DNA from: Candidatus Omnitrophota bacterium
GTDB taxonomy: Bacteria > Omnitrophota > Gorgyraeia > B26-G9
DNA length: 64,000 nt
Direction: 5' to 3'
Assembly (NCBI GenBank): GCA_018813905.1
Contig: JAHJAO010000031.1
Span: 5,922 to 69,921, forward strand
Shown here: piece after piece, positions 7,768 through 17,224 of the stretch
Layout of the letters: every line of letters begins with the position of its first letter
Numbering within the stretch: position 1 is the stretch's first letter
Position numbers and translations under genes: made by a program
The notes under the pieces: model-generated
The model's input: only the letters and a program-made list of their open reading frames with translations
Told to the model about the DNA's origin: nothing
Databases searched by the model: none

Positions 7768-8865
7768 CTAACTCACCACCCGGTTTTTTATTACTGTTTT
7801 TATGAGGTTTAACGGTATATCTTCGGTTACAATCACATGGCCCAACCTTGTCGGCAGAACCATACGCACTTTGCCTCTTATAAATTTTTTATCCCGGTAA
7901 AATGCTTTTAGGACCGCCCGGAAATTACTGTTTTTCGTTTTTACCGGCAGGTCCATATGCTTTAGAAGCTGTTCTATACGTAGAAATGTTTCCTGCTTTA
8001 GGAGGCCCATTTGCCGGGCTATTTGTGCGGCAGCAGTCATGCCGATACTGACGGCTTCGCCGTGATTGAGCTTGTTGTATTTTGTCGCTGTTTCCAGAGC
8101 ATGGCCGATGGTGTGTCCGAAATTGAGGACCGCTCTTAAGCCCAGAGTTTCCCGTTCGTCTCTGGAGACAACGTCCGCTTTTATTCTGCTGGCTGAGGCA
8201 ACCAGATATAAGAGCGCATTTGGATCGAGCTTTAGAATCTTTTTGTAATTTTTCTCGATGTAACCAAACAGCTTCTTGTCGGATATAACGCCGTATTTTA
8301 CAATCTCGGCTATGCCGCTTCTAATTTGGCGTTTGGGCAGGCTTTGCAGGAGCGAAAGATTGGAATAAACCAGGCGCGGCTGGCAGAAAGCGCCGAGCAG
8401 GTTTTTGCCGCTGGCAAGGTCAATCGCGGTTTTTCCGCCGATCGCGGAATCCACCTGAGCCAACAGTGTGGTCGGAACCTGGATATAATTTATGCCGCGT
8501 TTGTAAGTGGCGGCGATAAAGCCGCATAGATCCCCTGCTACTCCCCCGCCGAAAGCGATGAGAAATAAGCGTTTTTTCGTATCGATTTTGGATATTTTAG
8601 TTACGGTATCAAAATAAACTTTCGCGGACTTGCTCTTTTCCGAATCTGCGATTCTTATAAAACTAGTGGCAATGCCGTTTCTGGTTAAGCTCAGAGCCAA
8701 CTCTTTTCCGTACAAAGCCTGGACGCGGCTGTTGGTAATAATACAAGCCGCGTTTCCCAGCTGCATTTTTTTCAGCAGACGCCCTAACTGTTGAAATCCG
8801 TTTTTTTGGATGATAATCGGATAGCTGCGTTCGAATAAGTTTACGGTTATCTTTTTCGCGCTCAT
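7768..8865 (-). CDS. aroB: 3-dehydroquinate synthase
   Basis: GGGVAGDLCGFIAATYKRGINYIQVPTTLLAQVDSAIGGKTAIDL and a C-terminal HGEAV..GMT segment. Confidence 0.9.
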   Translation of the reverse strand: MSAKKITVNLFERSYPIIIQKNGFQQLGRLLKKMQLGNAACIITNSRVQALYGKELALSLTRNGIATSFIRIADSEKSKSAKVYFDTVTKISKIDTKKRLFLIAFGGGVAGDLCGFIAATYKRGINYIQVPTTLLAQVDSAIGGKTAIDLASGKNLLGAFCQPRLVYSNLSLLQSLPKRQIRSGIAEIVKYGVISDKKLFGYIEKNYKKILKLDPNALLYLVASASRIKADVVSRDERETLGLRAVLNFGHTIGHALETATKYNKLNHGEAVSIGMTAAAQIARQMGLLKQETFLRIEQLLKHMDLPVKTKNSNFRAVLKAFYRDKKFIRGKVRMVLPTRLGHVIVTEDIPLNLIKTVIKNRVVS

Positions 8866-9449
8866 AATATAAATCTCCGGATTAGGAGCAGGAACATCAT
8901 CAAGATTATTATACCATAACGTTCAAGCCGGCTATAAGCAATTGATAACCGGTGCGGCAAAAGACCCATTAGGATGCGGGAACCGTCCAAAGGCGGTATG
9001 GGAATGAGATTAAACGCGCCCAGGAAGATATTGATAATCATCACGTTAACCAGAAAAGCGGAAAATACCGGAATCCCCGGAATTTTCAAGCTCAATAATA
9101 AAAATATGAGTATCGCGAGCGCAAAATTGGCTGCCGGCCCGGCCAATCCCACCCAGATCATATGTTTTTTCGGATTGCGCAGGTTTGAAAAATTCACAGG
9201 CACGGGTTTGGCCCAGCCAAAAACAAACGGTGCGCGCGTGAGAATTAAAAACAGCGGTAAAAAAACTGTGCCCATCGGGTCGATATGTGCGAGCGGATTG
9301 AACGTCAGCCGGCCCATTTGTTTGGCGGTATCGTCGCCGAGTTTATTGGCGATATATCCGTGCGCGTATTCGTGCACGACTAAAGCGATTAAAAACGCGG
9401 GCAGGCTCAACAAAAAATCTGAAAACTGCGGACTGCTCTGTTCCATCAT
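8862..9449 (-). CDS. Site-2 protease family (peptidase M50) membrane metalloprotease
   Basis: HEYAHG zinc motif (HExxH) in a multi-TM protein, plus a downstream LDGS motif. Confidence 0.8.
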   Translation of the reverse strand: MMEQSSPQFSDFLLSLPAFLIALVVHEYAHGYIANKLGDDTAKQMGRLTFNPLAHIDPMGTVFLPLFLILTRAPFVFGWAKPVPVNFSNLRNPKKHMIWVGLAGPAANFALAILIFLLLSLKIPGIPVFSAFLVNVMIINIFLGAFNLIPIPPLDGSRILMGLLPHRLSIAYSRLERYGIIILMMFLLLIRRFIL

Positions 9450-9479
9450 GCGTATCAGTTTTGATTTAATTAAATTTAA

Positions 9480-10454
9480 TTAATTCAGTTCGATCTGTTC
9501 GACTTCGATAGTAGAGATTTTTCCAGGCTTGATTATCTTGCCCCAGATTTGGACGCTTAAATCGAGAAAGTCGTTTAAGTTGACCGTATCGCTTTTTAAA
9601 AAATACACTGTTTTTCCGTTTTGAATCAGTTTGTGCGTGCCTTTATCTCTCCAGAACTTTCCCATCTTTATGATTTTGCCTTGGGCCAGCGGCAGGGCGG
9701 CGAGCGCGAGTTCTTTTTCTTGTTCTTCTTTTTCTTTTTCTTCAGCTTCCACTTGAAGTTTTAAAACGTCAATCCGGGCCAGGGCGATTTTTGCCTGCGG
9801 ACTCTCGGGTAAATCTTGCGCGATTATTTCGTATTTTTCCAGCGCGGATTTTATGTCTTCCAAATCCTCTTCAAAAATCCGGGCTTGATGCAGGAGATTG
9901 TAGGCTTTTTGGAATTTTTCATCCTGCTCCAGGTATAAATCTTTTCCGGATTTCTTTTTTACATATTTTTTGTTTACCCAGGCGCTGACGGTTTCGTTTG
10001 TGAGCGGGTAAATTTGATACCAATCTCCGTTGACGCTGATAAGTTCGACTACTTCTTTTTTGTTCAGCTGCCCCAGAATGTTGAAATTGGTCCCCTGCTC
10101 TGCCCGGATATTTACGGAATCGGCGGTAATTGTAGCATACAAGCCGTCTTTATCCATTTGTGCGAATTCTTTATGGACAAAGGCCTTGCTGTGACGGGGC
10201 AACCGGATTTTGTACCAGGGTGAGGTTTCTTTTTCTTCCAGAACCAGCACCAAATCGCCCTTATCCAATTGACAGAGGATTTCAAAAGTTACGCCCGGGC
10301 CGCTGCGGATATTCACGGAATCGGCCGCAATGATGCCGGTATAGGCGTTTAAGTATTGTGGTTTTGCCAAGCCCAGGCACTCCGGATAGTCATCGGCCCG
10401 GCAAAGCCCGAAACAGCAAAATAAAATACACGCACCAAGAATAAATTTTTTCAT
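9480..10454 (-). CDS. Secreted tandem bacterial SH3 (SH3b) domain protein with a coiled-coil segment
   Basis: Signal peptide present. Two repeats of the DSVNIR(S/A)GPG...L...G pattern. A KEKEEQEKE coiled-coil follows. Confidence 0.65.
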   Translation of the reverse strand: MKKFILGACILFCCFGLCRADDYPECLGLAKPQYLNAYTGIIAADSVNIRSGPGVTFEILCQLDKGDLVLVLEEKETSPWYKIRLPRHSKAFVHKEFAQMDKDGLYATITADSVNIRAEQGTNFNILGQLNKKEVVELISVNGDWYQIYPLTNETVSAWVNKKYVKKKSGKDLYLEQDEKFQKAYNLLHQARIFEEDLEDIKSALEKYEIIAQDLPESPQAKIALARIDVLKLQVEAEEKEKEEQEKELALAALPLAQGKIIKMGKFWRDKGTHKLIQNGKTVYFLKSDTVNLNDFLDLSVQIWGKIIKPGKISTIEVEQIELN

Positions 10455-10476
10455 TAGAGTTAGGTCCTGAAAATAT

Positions 10477-10755
10477 TTATTTAGAAGCAGGTTTTGTTTT
10501 TGTGGTTGCAGAAGTTGTTGCTGCTGGTGGTGTTGCTGCTGCTGCTTGTTGTTCTGTGCCTTCCGCGCCTTCTTTTGCCTCGGCTTTTTTCTTTTTCAAC
10601 TTCATCCGGACAATTTTTTCTTTCGGTAAGCGGAAACATGAACTGGCTTCTTCCCATTTACCGTCTTTTTTTAACTTCTGGATACGTTCGAAACGCTTGT
10701 GGACGCTTCTGTGTTTTTTCCCTTTGGTTGCGGTTAGGCTGGGATGTAACGACAT
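10477..10755 (-). CDS. Small basic protein with low-complexity Ala/Thr/Pro-rich C-terminal tail (hypothetical)
   Basis: The ORF has a Lys/Arg-rich N-terminal half. Its tail is encoded by GCT/GTT-rich low-complexity DNA. Confidence 0.4.
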   Translation of the reverse strand: MSLHPSLTATKGKKHRSVHKRFERIQKLKKDGKWEEASSCFRLPKEKIVRMKLKKKKAEAKEGAEGTEQQAAAATPPAATTSATTKTKPASK

Positions 10756-10787
10756 GCTATTTTCTCTCCTTTCACCCTGATAATAAA

Positions 10788-11405
10788 TTATGATTTATCA
10801 AACCGGCGGACAAAACAGTCTTTATAGCGGTTTTGAAGCGGTTTCAATTGTTTGTTCGCTTGCTGCTTGTCCGGATATACGCCGGAAAAAACTACGTAAT
10901 AATTTCCCTGCCGGACCGTGAATGAACGGAACCCCTGGGTCTTTAGTTTATCCATTTCCTTATCGGCATAGCTGTTGCTTGAGTAAGTAACCAGCTGAAT
11001 GGCATAACCGCGGGCCACATTGTCATAATCGATTTCCGCCGTAGTCTCTTCTTTTTGTTCTTCAACCGGCTGCTTTGTTTGCTGGATATCGGACTGCGGT
11101 TGTTCTGTGATCACGGATATTTTTTCTGCTTCGCGGCTTGTTTCTACGCGCATTTTGCTTTTTTGTTGCGTTGTTTCTTTGGCTAAGCCGGCGAGAGATT
11201 TACCGCGTTCAATGCCCAAGACGTAAAATGTCAAATTTGTCATCAGGACGGAAATGATCACCACTACTAGCGCGTCGTACGCGAGGTGGATGCCGTTCTT
11301 AAACTTATCTGCGAAAATTCCTTTTTGGAAGGAATTGTTTTGTTTTAATTTTTTTATCCCGGAAAAAAACTCGGGCTGAACTTCCTTGTTCTTGCAATGC
11401 ATCAA
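10788..11405 (-). CDS. SPOR domain-containing membrane protein
   Basis: N-terminal TM segment. The C-terminal SPOR-like segment reads ARGYAIQLVTYSSNSYADKEMDKLKTQGF...YYVVFSGVYPDKQQANKQ. Confidence 0.65.
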   Translation of the reverse strand: MMHCKNKEVQPEFFSGIKKLKQNNSFQKGIFADKFKNGIHLAYDALVVVIISVLMTNLTFYVLGIERGKSLAGLAKETTQQKSKMRVETSREAEKISVITEQPQSDIQQTKQPVEEQKEETTAEIDYDNVARGYAIQLVTYSSNSYADKEMDKLKTQGFRSFTVRQGNYYVVFSGVYPDKQQANKQLKPLQNRYKDCFVRRFDKS

Positions 11406-11488
11406 GATACCTCCTGTATCTCATCTTGGGACGATCAGCTCAACACAACGTTTGGTCAGGTTATATTATAACAAAAAGTTTAAAAAAT

Positions 11489-11782
11489 TCAAGAATTTTT
11501 AAAGCGGGAATTTTTTTGGGCGGTGTTTTGTTTAAACCAGCTTTTGATTTTCGCGACGATTCGTGTGTCATTGGTGAAAGAATATCCGGGCACGGACGAA
11601 TTCTTATGCTCGACTACGATATTGTGCCGGCAGAGATTTTTTAACGCTTTTTTTACTGCGTCCAGCTTTAGGCCGGTCCACACGGAAATATTTTTGTACG
11701 TATCCAGGCATTGCGGATTTTCGTAAAAGAAACGGATGACTCTAAAATTAGAATTTGAGCTTAAAATCTTTTCCAGATCCAT
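11489..11782 (-). CDS. Putative small winged-helix DNA-binding protein
   Basis: wHTH-like segment TGLKLDAVKKALKNLCRHNIV. The ORF overlaps the 3' end of the upstream gene by 22 nt. Confidence 0.35.
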   Translation of the reverse strand: MDLEKILSSNSNFRVIRFFYENPQCLDTYKNISVWTGLKLDAVKKALKNLCRHNIVVEHKNSSVPGYSFTNDTRIVAKIKSWFKQNTAQKNSRFKNS

Positions 11783-13266
11783 GAATTCTTTTCACCTTTG
11801 AAAATTCTATTTTTAAAACGTTTGATTGCCCGGACAAAAGCATCGACAACGACCGGGTCAAATTGCTCGCCGCTGTATTTTACTATTTCGGAGACCGCCT
11901 GGTGTAAAGACATCTTTCTGCGGTAAGGCCGGATAGACAACATCGCTTCGAACGCGTCGGCCACGGTGAGGATTTTCGCTCCCAGCGGAATGGCGTCGCC
12001 TTTTAAGCCGCTGGGATAGCCTTTGCCGTCATAGCGTTCGTGGTGATGGATGATAATCGGCAGCACCGATTTTAAGCGGCCGCCGATAGGCTGGATAATC
12101 TGTGCGCCTTTTAAATGCTGTTCTTTGATTATCTGGTAATCTTTCCCGGTAAGTTTCGTCGGTTTTTTTAAAATCTTTTCCGGCAGGCCCATTTGGCTTA
12201 TGTTATGCAGAATGGCGGCGTAATAAAGTACACGCATTTCGTCGGATGAGAGTTTTAATTCCATGCCGATAGACATGGCCAGGTTGATGAAGAGATTGGT
12301 GCGGCCGAAATTTTCCGCCGCGCCCGAGCTTAAAATCGAAGCTAAGGCTTTAATCGTGTTCAGGGTTAGCTTTTCCTGCTCGTCGTAAAGCTGGGCGTTT
12401 TTAATGGCGATTACCGCCTGTTCGGATAACGTGGTTAAAATCTCCCGGTCGAAAATATTAAACGGCTGCTCTTTTTCTGTTTTGGAAATAAAGATAACGC
12501 CGATAATGTTTTCTTCGGATACCAGCGGTACGCACATCAGCCGCAGCCGCGTGACAATTATGCCGCTTTTGACTACTTCGCCCATTATCCCCTGCCCGGG
12601 TTTTATCGGATGAGGTTTGATATGTTTCCCGGAGAGATTTACGCAGGCGTGAGGTATGAGTGTTTTTTTCTGTTTGTCCAGCAGCATAATTTGGCAGTGT
12701 TGGGCGCGCAGTACCTGCAGGGTAAGCCGGGCAATGCGCGGCAGAAGCTCGTCTATTTCCAAGGTAGAACTGATGATCCGGCTGATAGTATGTACGGTGG
12801 AAAGCGCGATTGTTTTTGGCCGGATGGTTTCGGATAATTTAAACAGCTCCAACTCTTTCTGGGTGGATTCTATTACCGTGCAGGTAAAGGAATTGAACAG
12901 TTCCAAAAGGGGTAGCGGGATTTCATTTTTTAAACGGCTTACGCAAGTGTAGCCGTAAATCTGATGCCCGCGGATTATGGGTATCAGATAGAGCCAGGTT
13001 TTGTCCGCGCATAAAAATTTTTGCGGCAGGCGGGTTTTGGCCACCCGGTATAAAATTTTATTTATAATATTTTCGTATAATCTCGCCGCATCCCGGTTTT
13101 TCGCGATGGCGTGCTTTTTGTAGTCGAAATAATTCTGTTCTGTATTGGGAAAAATAAACCAGCGGGTATCTTTTCCCAGTAATTTGGAAAAAGCGCGCAG
13201 TTCGCTTATCCAGCTTTCCTGTTCGCTGAGTTTTTGAAATAATTCTTTTTGATAGGCGTTTTTCAT
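11761..13266 (-). CDS. HD-GYP domain c-di-GMP phosphodiesterase with GAF domain
   Basis: An HD motif (AILHNISQ) is present, as is HHHERYDGKGYP (the HD-GYP signature). A GAF-like middle region precedes them. Confidence 0.85.
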   Translation of the reverse strand: MKNAYQKELFQKLSEQESWISELRAFSKLLGKDTRWFIFPNTEQNYFDYKKHAIAKNRDAARLYENIINKILYRVAKTRLPQKFLCADKTWLYLIPIIRGHQIYGYTCVSRLKNEIPLPLLELFNSFTCTVIESTQKELELFKLSETIRPKTIALSTVHTISRIISSTLEIDELLPRIARLTLQVLRAQHCQIMLLDKQKKTLIPHACVNLSGKHIKPHPIKPGQGIMGEVVKSGIIVTRLRLMCVPLVSEENIIGVIFISKTEKEQPFNIFDREILTTLSEQAVIAIKNAQLYDEQEKLTLNTIKALASILSSGAAENFGRTNLFINLAMSIGMELKLSSDEMRVLYYAAILHNISQMGLPEKILKKPTKLTGKDYQIIKEQHLKGAQIIQPIGGRLKSVLPIIIHHHERYDGKGYPSGLKGDAIPLGAKILTVADAFEAMLSIRPYRRKMSLHQAVSEIVKYSGEQFDPVVVDAFVRAIKRFKNRIFKGEKNSWIWKRF

Positions 13267-13286
13267 GGAGTATTTGGCCCCGGATT

Positions 13287-13664
13287 TTAAGTAGAATGCT
13301 GCTGGATCAGATCGTAGAGCGCTTTTTTATCCTCTTCCCTGTCCCACCAGGAAAATTTAACGCCTAAATCGTAATCATTTTCCTTGTTTTTCTTAATCCA
13401 GGCAACGCGGCCAAATGTTTTGATGGGGCCCTGTTCCGGGGTGATTCTTATATCTAAGCCCAACGGAGCTTTTATGGCTAAATCCTGGTCGCTGCGGAAA
13501 GAAATGCCGCCCATGCTGATGTTTTGGATGGATTCCAAAGTGCGGTCTAGGTAGTTTGACCAGGCGCGCAGGTCGTAAATTTTAAAACCTACTTTTAATC
13601 CGGGCACATTTACCCTTTTGAACTGTCTTTTGTCTTCCTGGGAACTCTGGTTATCCTTATTCAT
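13287..13664 (-). CDS. PilZ domain c-di-GMP-binding protein
   Basis: RxxxR motif (RQFKR) and (D/N)xSxxG motif (NISMGG). Confidence 0.7.
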   Translation of the reverse strand: MNKDNQSSQEDKRQFKRVNVPGLKVGFKIYDLRAWSNYLDRTLESIQNISMGGISFRSDQDLAIKAPLGLDIRITPEQGPIKTFGRVAWIKKNKENDYDLGVKFSWWDREEDKKALYDLIQQHST

Positions 13665-13833
13665 AAGCCCCTCCTTGGGTTTAAAAGTTTTTTTATAGTT
13701 TTGAAAAACATTATTTTATTTTTCAAAACTATTTTAAATTGAATTAAGTTGAATGTCAAGTGAAATCTGGGATTTTTTGTAAAATTATGAGTGAGACGGT
13801 GTTAAGCAGGGGCAGTTTTTGTTCGTAAATTAT

Positions 13834-15003
13834 CTATACGCGTTCCCAGGGGTGGAATAAACGTTTGTATTCATCTAGCGCGTAGCGGTCGGTCATCCCG
13901 GCAATATAATCACAGATGATTCTTTCCAGAGGGCCAGAATCGTAGTCCCTTCCCCGGCCGGTGAAATCCGGCAGCTGCTCCGGATTTTCCAGATAAACGT
14001 CAAAAATTTCCCGGATAAACCGCTGGGCCTTGCTGGACATGCGCACTACTTTAAAATGCCGGTAAAGATTTTTAAGCAGGAAATCGGATAATTCGTTAAG
14101 TTTTCTGCGCATCGTATTGTTAAAGCTTATGACCGAGACCTTCTGCTCTTTAGCGGCGCCAGGAGAATCGATCTTTAAATCCTGAATCATGGTTTTTGAT
14201 TGCTCGATAAGTTCCGATACCTGGATATTAATCAGGTATCGGATAATCTGTTTTTTTTCTACCGCCGACGCGAGTTTAGTATAGGATTTGTTTACTTCTT
14301 TTTTAGCGATTTGCCACAGCTCAATATTGTTGAGCAGATCTGCCTTTATCAGGCCGCTCGTAATGCCGTCGTCTAAATCATGGTTGTTATAAGCGATTTC
14401 ATCCGCGGCGTTTACTACCTGCGCCTCCAAGGTCGGCGGGCATGGATTGCTGAATTCGCCGGTCTGCGTTGGCTTGTCAAAAGAGGTGGCGTGTTTAATG
14501 ATTCCTTCTCGCACTTCCCAGGTCAAGTTCAGCCCCTTGAAATTAGGATATCTTTCTTCGAGCAGGTCTACGATTCTCAACCCCTGCTGGTTATGTTCGA
14601 AACCGGAACCGTCTTTGTCCTTCATGATTTCGTCCAGGGCTTCTTCCCCGGCATGGCCAAAAGGCGTGTGGCCTAAATCGTGTGCTAAGGCAATCGCTTC
14701 TACCAGCTCTTCGTTTAATCCCAGAGCCTTGGCAATGGTGCGGGCGATTTGCACTACTTCTAAAGTATGCGTGAGGCGAGTGCGGTAGTGGTCGCCTTCG
14801 TGATTTACAAACACCTGTGTTTTATACTGCAGCCGCCGAAAAGCGGAACTGTGAATGATGCGGTCGCGGTCGCGTTGATAGATGGAACGGTAAATATGCT
14901 CGGGTTCTTCTATCTTGCGGCCTTTTGAATGTTCAGGACGCGTGGCGTAAGGGGCAAGTAGTTCACTATATTGTTGAGGGATTTTTTTATCTTCCGCGCT
15001 CAT
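13834..15003 (-). CDS. dgt: dGTP triphosphohydrolase-like HD-domain protein
   Basis: RTRLTHTLEVVQIARTIA...ALAHDLGHTPFGHAGE. Confidence 0.85.
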   Translation of the reverse strand: MSAEDKKIPQQYSELLAPYATRPEHSKGRKIEEPEHIYRSIYQRDRDRIIHSSAFRRLQYKTQVFVNHEGDHYRTRLTHTLEVVQIARTIAKALGLNEELVEAIALAHDLGHTPFGHAGEEALDEIMKDKDGSGFEHNQQGLRIVDLLEERYPNFKGLNLTWEVREGIIKHATSFDKPTQTGEFSNPCPPTLEAQVVNAADEIAYNNHDLDDGITSGLIKADLLNNIELWQIAKKEVNKSYTKLASAVEKKQIIRYLINIQVSELIEQSKTMIQDLKIDSPGAAKEQKVSVISFNNTMRRKLNELSDFLLKNLYRHFKVVRMSSKAQRFIREIFDVYLENPEQLPDFTGRGRDYDSGPLERIICDYIAGMTDRYALDEYKRLFHPWERV

Positions 15004-15008
15004 TTTTT

Positions 15009-16271
15009 TTATTTTCGTAAGATCTTGTTTAACTCATCCGCTATTGTGTCCAATTTCAGCGGCTGTTGTGTTCCGTCCTGCATGTTTTTTAAGGTGATTA
15101 CTCCCTGGCTTAACTCGTCTTCGCCTAAAATAAGGACAAACTTATACGCCGCTTTATCGGCCTGACGCAGCAGTTTTTTAAGCGGTTTTTGTTCATGGTT
15201 GATAAATACGCAAAATCCGTCTTTTCGCAAGCTTTGCGCAAGGGCCAATATTTTAATCTGCGCCTTTTGCCCAAAGCTGAACATATATACAGCCTGCGCA
15301 GGTTCTTTTTCAAAAGCGATTTTTTCCGCAGCCGCGGCCAAAAGCAGCCGTTCGATGCCAAAGGAAAAACCGCACGCGCCCTGAGTTGCCCCGCCCAGGT
15401 CGCTGATTAAAGTATCGTAGCGGCCGCCGGCGCAAATGGCGTCCTGCGCGCCCAAACCCTTATGGTTTATTTCGAATACGGTTTTTGTGTAATAATCGAG
15501 CCCGCGCACAAGATGCGGCAGGACCGTGTATGGGATATCGAGCGCGTCTAAAGATGTCCTTACCTGCGTAAAATGTTCTGTACAGTCGGAGCAAAAGTGG
15601 CTGCTTATGTCCGGCGCTTTTTGCAAGATGGATTTGCAGCCGGGATTTTTGCAGTCGAGAATTCTAAGCAGGTTGCGTTCGTAGCGGTTTTGGCAGCTCG
15701 CGCACAATTTTTCCTTTTTATCTAGAAGATAATTTTTAAGTGTTTGAGAAAATTTATGTTTGTCGTTCGGGCAGCCGACGGAATTGATGTGCAGTTTGTA
15801 ATTTTTAAGGTTGAGGTCTTTTAAAAATTCAATCGCGATGTCGATTACTTCCGCGTCCTGGTAAGGGCTGTCGCTGCCCAGCACTTCTGCTCCGATTTGG
15901 TAAAATTGGCGGTTTCTGCCGGATTGCGGCTTTTCGCCGCGGAACATCGGGCCGATGTAAAAAAGCTTTGCAATCCCTTCTGAATCCAGCCCATGTTCCA
16001 AATAAGCCCGCACGACCGACGCCGTTGCTTCCGGCCGCAGGGCAATCTTGCGCTTGCCTTTATCGACAAAAGTGTACATTTCCTTTTCTACGATATCGGT
16101 TTGTTCGCCGATGCTTCTGGTGAAAAGCGCACTTTCTTCGATGATCGGCACGCGGATTTCCCGGAAAGCGTATTGCGAAAATAAACGGCGGGATAAATTT
16201 TCAAGATAAGTCCAGTTATTGACCTCACTGGGTAAAATATCGTTAACGCCTTTTAACGCTTTTATTTTCAT
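15009..16271 (-). CDS. hisS: Histidine--tRNA ligase
   Basis: Class II aaRS motifs, including ALRPEATASVVRAY and GGRYD. The start is set at MKIKALKGVNDILP, the conserved HisRS N-terminus. The ORF extends 14 codons further upstream, over the HU terminator hairpin. Confidence 0.9.
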   Translation of the reverse strand: MKIKALKGVNDILPSEVNNWTYLENLSRRLFSQYAFREIRVPIIEESALFTRSIGEQTDIVEKEMYTFVDKGKRKIALRPEATASVVRAYLEHGLDSEGIAKLFYIGPMFRGEKPQSGRNRQFYQIGAEVLGSDSPYQDAEVIDIAIEFLKDLNLKNYKLHINSVGCPNDKHKFSQTLKNYLLDKKEKLCASCQNRYERNLLRILDCKNPGCKSILQKAPDISSHFCSDCTEHFTQVRTSLDALDIPYTVLPHLVRGLDYYTKTVFEINHKGLGAQDAICAGGRYDTLISDLGGATQGACGFSFGIERLLLAAAAEKIAFEKEPAQAVYMFSFGQKAQIKILALAQSLRKDGFCVFINHEQKPLKKLLRQADKAAYKFVLILGEDELSQGVITLKNMQDGTQQPLKLDTIADELNKILRK

Positions 16272-16299
16272 GTTGTTAGAAGCAGATTTTTTAAAGTAT

Positions 16300-16328
16300 A
16301 AAACCCCAATCATTAAAATCGGGGTTTT
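16300..16328 (-). terminator. Putative intrinsic terminator after the HU gene (8-bp AAAACCCC/GGGGUUUU stem, 13-nt loop)
   Basis: The hairpin is read from the sequence between the HU stop (16368) and the hisS start. Confidence 0.35.
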
Positions 16329-16367
16329 ATGAGATTAGAAAATTTCTGTCTGAACCCAATTAATTTT

Positions 16368-16640
16368 TTATTTTACTTTCTTCTTCATTTCCAGGCCAGG
16401 CTTGAAAACAACCACTTTTTTAGGCGGAACGGGAACAACTTGGCCTGTTCTGGGATTGCGGCCGGTTCTCCCTCTTCTCGATTTCACTTTGAAAATTCCG
16501 AAGTTGCGAAGTTCCACGGTTTGGCCTTCGACCAGGCTGTCTATTATTGTGTCGAGAGTTTTTTGGACCACTTTTTTAATGTCCTGTTGTTTGAGTTTTG
16601 TGCCGGTAGCGATTTTCAGCACGATATCTTTTTTTGTCAT
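16368..16640 (-). CDS. hup: HU family DNA-binding protein
   Basis: Clear HU/IHF fold sequence GIFKVKSRRGRTGRNPRTGQVVPVPPKKVVVFKPG. AGGAGG SD lies 8 nt upstream. Confidence 0.9.
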   Translation of the reverse strand: MTKKDIVLKIATGTKLKQQDIKKVVQKTLDTIIDSLVEGQTVELRNFGIFKVKSRRGRTGRNPRTGQVVPVPPKKVVVFKPGLEMKKKVK

Positions 16641-16680
16641 ATGGGGTAATCCTCCTTTCGAAAAAATTACAAAGTTTTAT

Positions 16681-17163
16681 TTAGAAAAAATTCTTTACCA
16701 AATAGGAAAGAGCTGAAATCACGATAATAATTAACACAAGTACTACTATGGGGTTGGAAAAAAGTTTTTTAAAAAGCTGTCCGAACGCGCTAACTTTTCC
16801 CAGTTCAGTTCTTTGGTTTTCCAAAGAGCCGAGAACTTTGTTCAGGGCGATATAAGAATTGTGCCAATCGCTATTCAATTTATCAAACTGCAAAGGTGAA
16901 AACTTATTAATGCTTTGCAGGTTCATGACTTGCGAGATGACTTCAAACGTTCTGTCTTCAGCGGTAGTTTTAATCTTTAAAGCGTCCATAAGCGCCTGGT
17001 ATTTACGGGCCAAAATGCTTTTGAGCTCTAGAAAGTTTGTTTCTTCCTGTTCGGTAAAACTTTGCTGCTTGCTTGCCCGGTTATATAAGGCTTGAAAATC
17101 GCCCCAGAGCTTAATGAAATCGCTAAGCTGTTTAATTTTATTTTCTAAATTGCGGTTTATCAT
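16681..17163 (-). CDS. Hypothetical protein with C-terminal transmembrane anchor
   Basis: Helical N-terminal region with a C-terminal hydrophobic stretch VVLVLIIIVISALSYLV. Confidence 0.4.
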   Translation of the reverse strand: MINRNLENKIKQLSDFIKLWGDFQALYNRASKQQSFTEQEETNFLELKSILARKYQALMDALKIKTTAEDRTFEVISQVMNLQSINKFSPLQFDKLNSDWHNSYIALNKVLGSLENQRTELGKVSAFGQLFKKLFSNPIVVLVLIIIVISALSYLVKNFF

Positions 17164-17224
17164 TTTCGTATCTTTCTTTGCTGCAACAACTACGGAAAAA
17201 TTTTATCACAATCCATTTTTTATG

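Noticed and set aside
10490-10600. GCT/GTT-rich low-complexity DNA repeat
   Set aside because: It is the coding sequence, minus strand, of the Ala/Thr/Pro-rich tail of the small basic protein at 10477-10755. It is not a regulatory or satellite repeat.
10477-10755. Assignment of the 92-aa basic protein as a ribosomal protein (bS21/bL28-like)
   Set aside because: Compared by eye with bS21, bL28, bL33 and bL35 consensus sequences, no convincing motif match was found. It is left as hypothetical.
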